From: a virus | DNA: 64,000 nt | Virus record (IMG/VR): IMGVR_UViG_3300045988_175974 | Direction: 5' to 3' (one strand) | Shown here: piece after piece, positions 63,261-64,000 of the stretch | Numbering within the stretch: position 1 is the first letter of the stretch | Layout: each line of letters opens with the position of its first letter | Made by a program: the position numbers and the translations under genes | The notes under the pieces: generated by a model | What the model saw: the letters and a program-made list of their open reading frames with translations, nothing else | Databases searched by the model: none | Told to the model about the DNA's origin: nothing

Positions 63261-63509
63261 TCATCCTCTCAAAACCTTGTTTCCCGTAGGGTAAAACGTG
63301 AGGTTTATCAGGCGTTCCAGCGAAGGGTACTGCCGATTTACTCTATCTCTGAAATCGCTCATATTGCCCATATCTACCGTATATTTTCCCAATGCCATAT
63401 CGAAGTTCATCGGGAACGTCATAGTAATCTGACGGAGGAATTTACCCCCCCCCCAATCATTACATCGAATATTACTTTCATCCATCGCTGACCTTTCTGG
63501 TCGAGCCAT
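63261..63509 (-). CDS. Hypothetical protein (82 aa).
   Basis: ORF co-oriented with its neighbours. Confidence 0.4.
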   Translation of the reverse strand: MARPERSAMDESNIRCNDWGGGKFLRQITMTFPMNFDMALGKYTVDMGNMSDFRDRVNRQYPSLERLINLTFYPTGNKVLRG

Positions 63510-63577
63510 GACCCCTTCGGGATTTTTACATTTCTCTTTGCCATAATTTTTAATCTTTATTGTATTAAAAAGCTTTT

Positions 63578-64000
63578 CTATGTATTCTGATATATCTCTT
63601 TCCAGTCTTCCTTGGTGAGGATGATACCCGAACGCTTGCAGTAGTCGAAGAAAGTTGCCTCAGAAATTTTATTGTAATTGGCAAACTGATTCCATCGCTT
63701 GCGAAAATCCATCTCATTGTGGCCGCAGGTGGAATCAGCAGGACGGAAGCGGGAAACTCTGCGCCATAGGTCGTAGCCCGCTACTCTATCCACGTGATAG
63801 AGCGACATGCCGCATTTAACCCAACCCAGATAACCGCTATTAGCATCCTTTCCGGCACAAATATCTATGCCTTGAGCCTCAATTTTCTCCACCAATCGCA
63901 GAGCTTTGCGGTAGATGATTTCCGGCGTATCTCGTCTATAGGCACCCTGTCCGTTATGCGGATAGTTGCCGCTGAAGCCAGCACCGGTCGGATGACTGCC
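63578..64000 (-). CDS. Hypothetical protein, 5'-partial (continues beyond the window edge).
   Basis: The ORF-track start at 63895 is a TTG. The same frame has no stop for the 35 codons up to position 64000. Confidence 0.5.
   Translation of the reverse strand, partial: GSHPTGAGFSGNYPHNGQGAYRRDTPEIIYRKALRLVEKIEAQGIDICAGKDANSGYLGWVKCGMSLYHVDRVAGYDLWRRVSRFRPADSTCGHNEMDFRKRWNQFANYNKISEATFFDYCKRSGIILTKEDWKEIYQNT

Overview
The window is a densely packed segment of a large (>64 kb) tailed phage or phage-plasmid. Nearly all genes are on the minus strand. The host is probably a Bacteroidota (Prevotella/Bacteroides-like) bacterium, because many genes are preceded by -33 TTTG / -7 TAnnTTTG promoter boxes. 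All calls come from reading the sequence and recognising motifs in the supplied ORF translations; no database search was run.

Content from left to right:
- **Partition locus (1-2390):** iteron-like repeats, an RHH ParG-like gene and parA.
- **Early-type genes (2.4-15.4 kb):** small proteins of unknown function, often acidic, plus an N6-adenine methyltransferase and an 831-aa J-domain protein.
- **Non-coding gap (15.4-16.5 kb):** about 1.1 kb, containing a conspicuously GC-rich island.
- **Plus-strand island (17.9-19.2 kb):** the only plus-strand genes, an XRE repressor-like gene and a lipoprotein.
- **Diversity-generating retroelement (21.1-29.9 kb):** RT, TR and Avd, with the VR at the C-terminus of a 2,223-aa fibre-like protein.
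- **Virion module (30-46 kb):** giant proteins of 1,635 and 949 aa and a portal-like protein. A beta-ketoacyl-ACP synthase + acyl carrier protein pair is embedded in it, which is unexpected.
- **46-54 kb:** six tightly overlapping micro-ORFs, a circularly permuted C5-cytosine methyltransferase, an SSB-like protein, a GH108 endolysin and Cys-rich secreted/membrane proteins.
- **53.8-54.7 kb:** a frameshifted LysR gene.
- **55.0-58.7 kb:** the S49 protease/scaffold gene, the candidate major capsid gene downstream of it, and a further structural gene.
- **61.5-63.0 kb:** a ThyX-like gene and a guanylate-kinase-like gene.

Two families of dispersed structured repeats punctuate the late operons: a ~90-nt triple-hairpin element (5 copies) and a ~30-nt hairpin (4 copies). 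Two 11-bp tandem arrays occur 43 kb apart in opposite orientation. No integrase, terminase, canonical tRNA, rRNA or CRISPR array was seen in the window.
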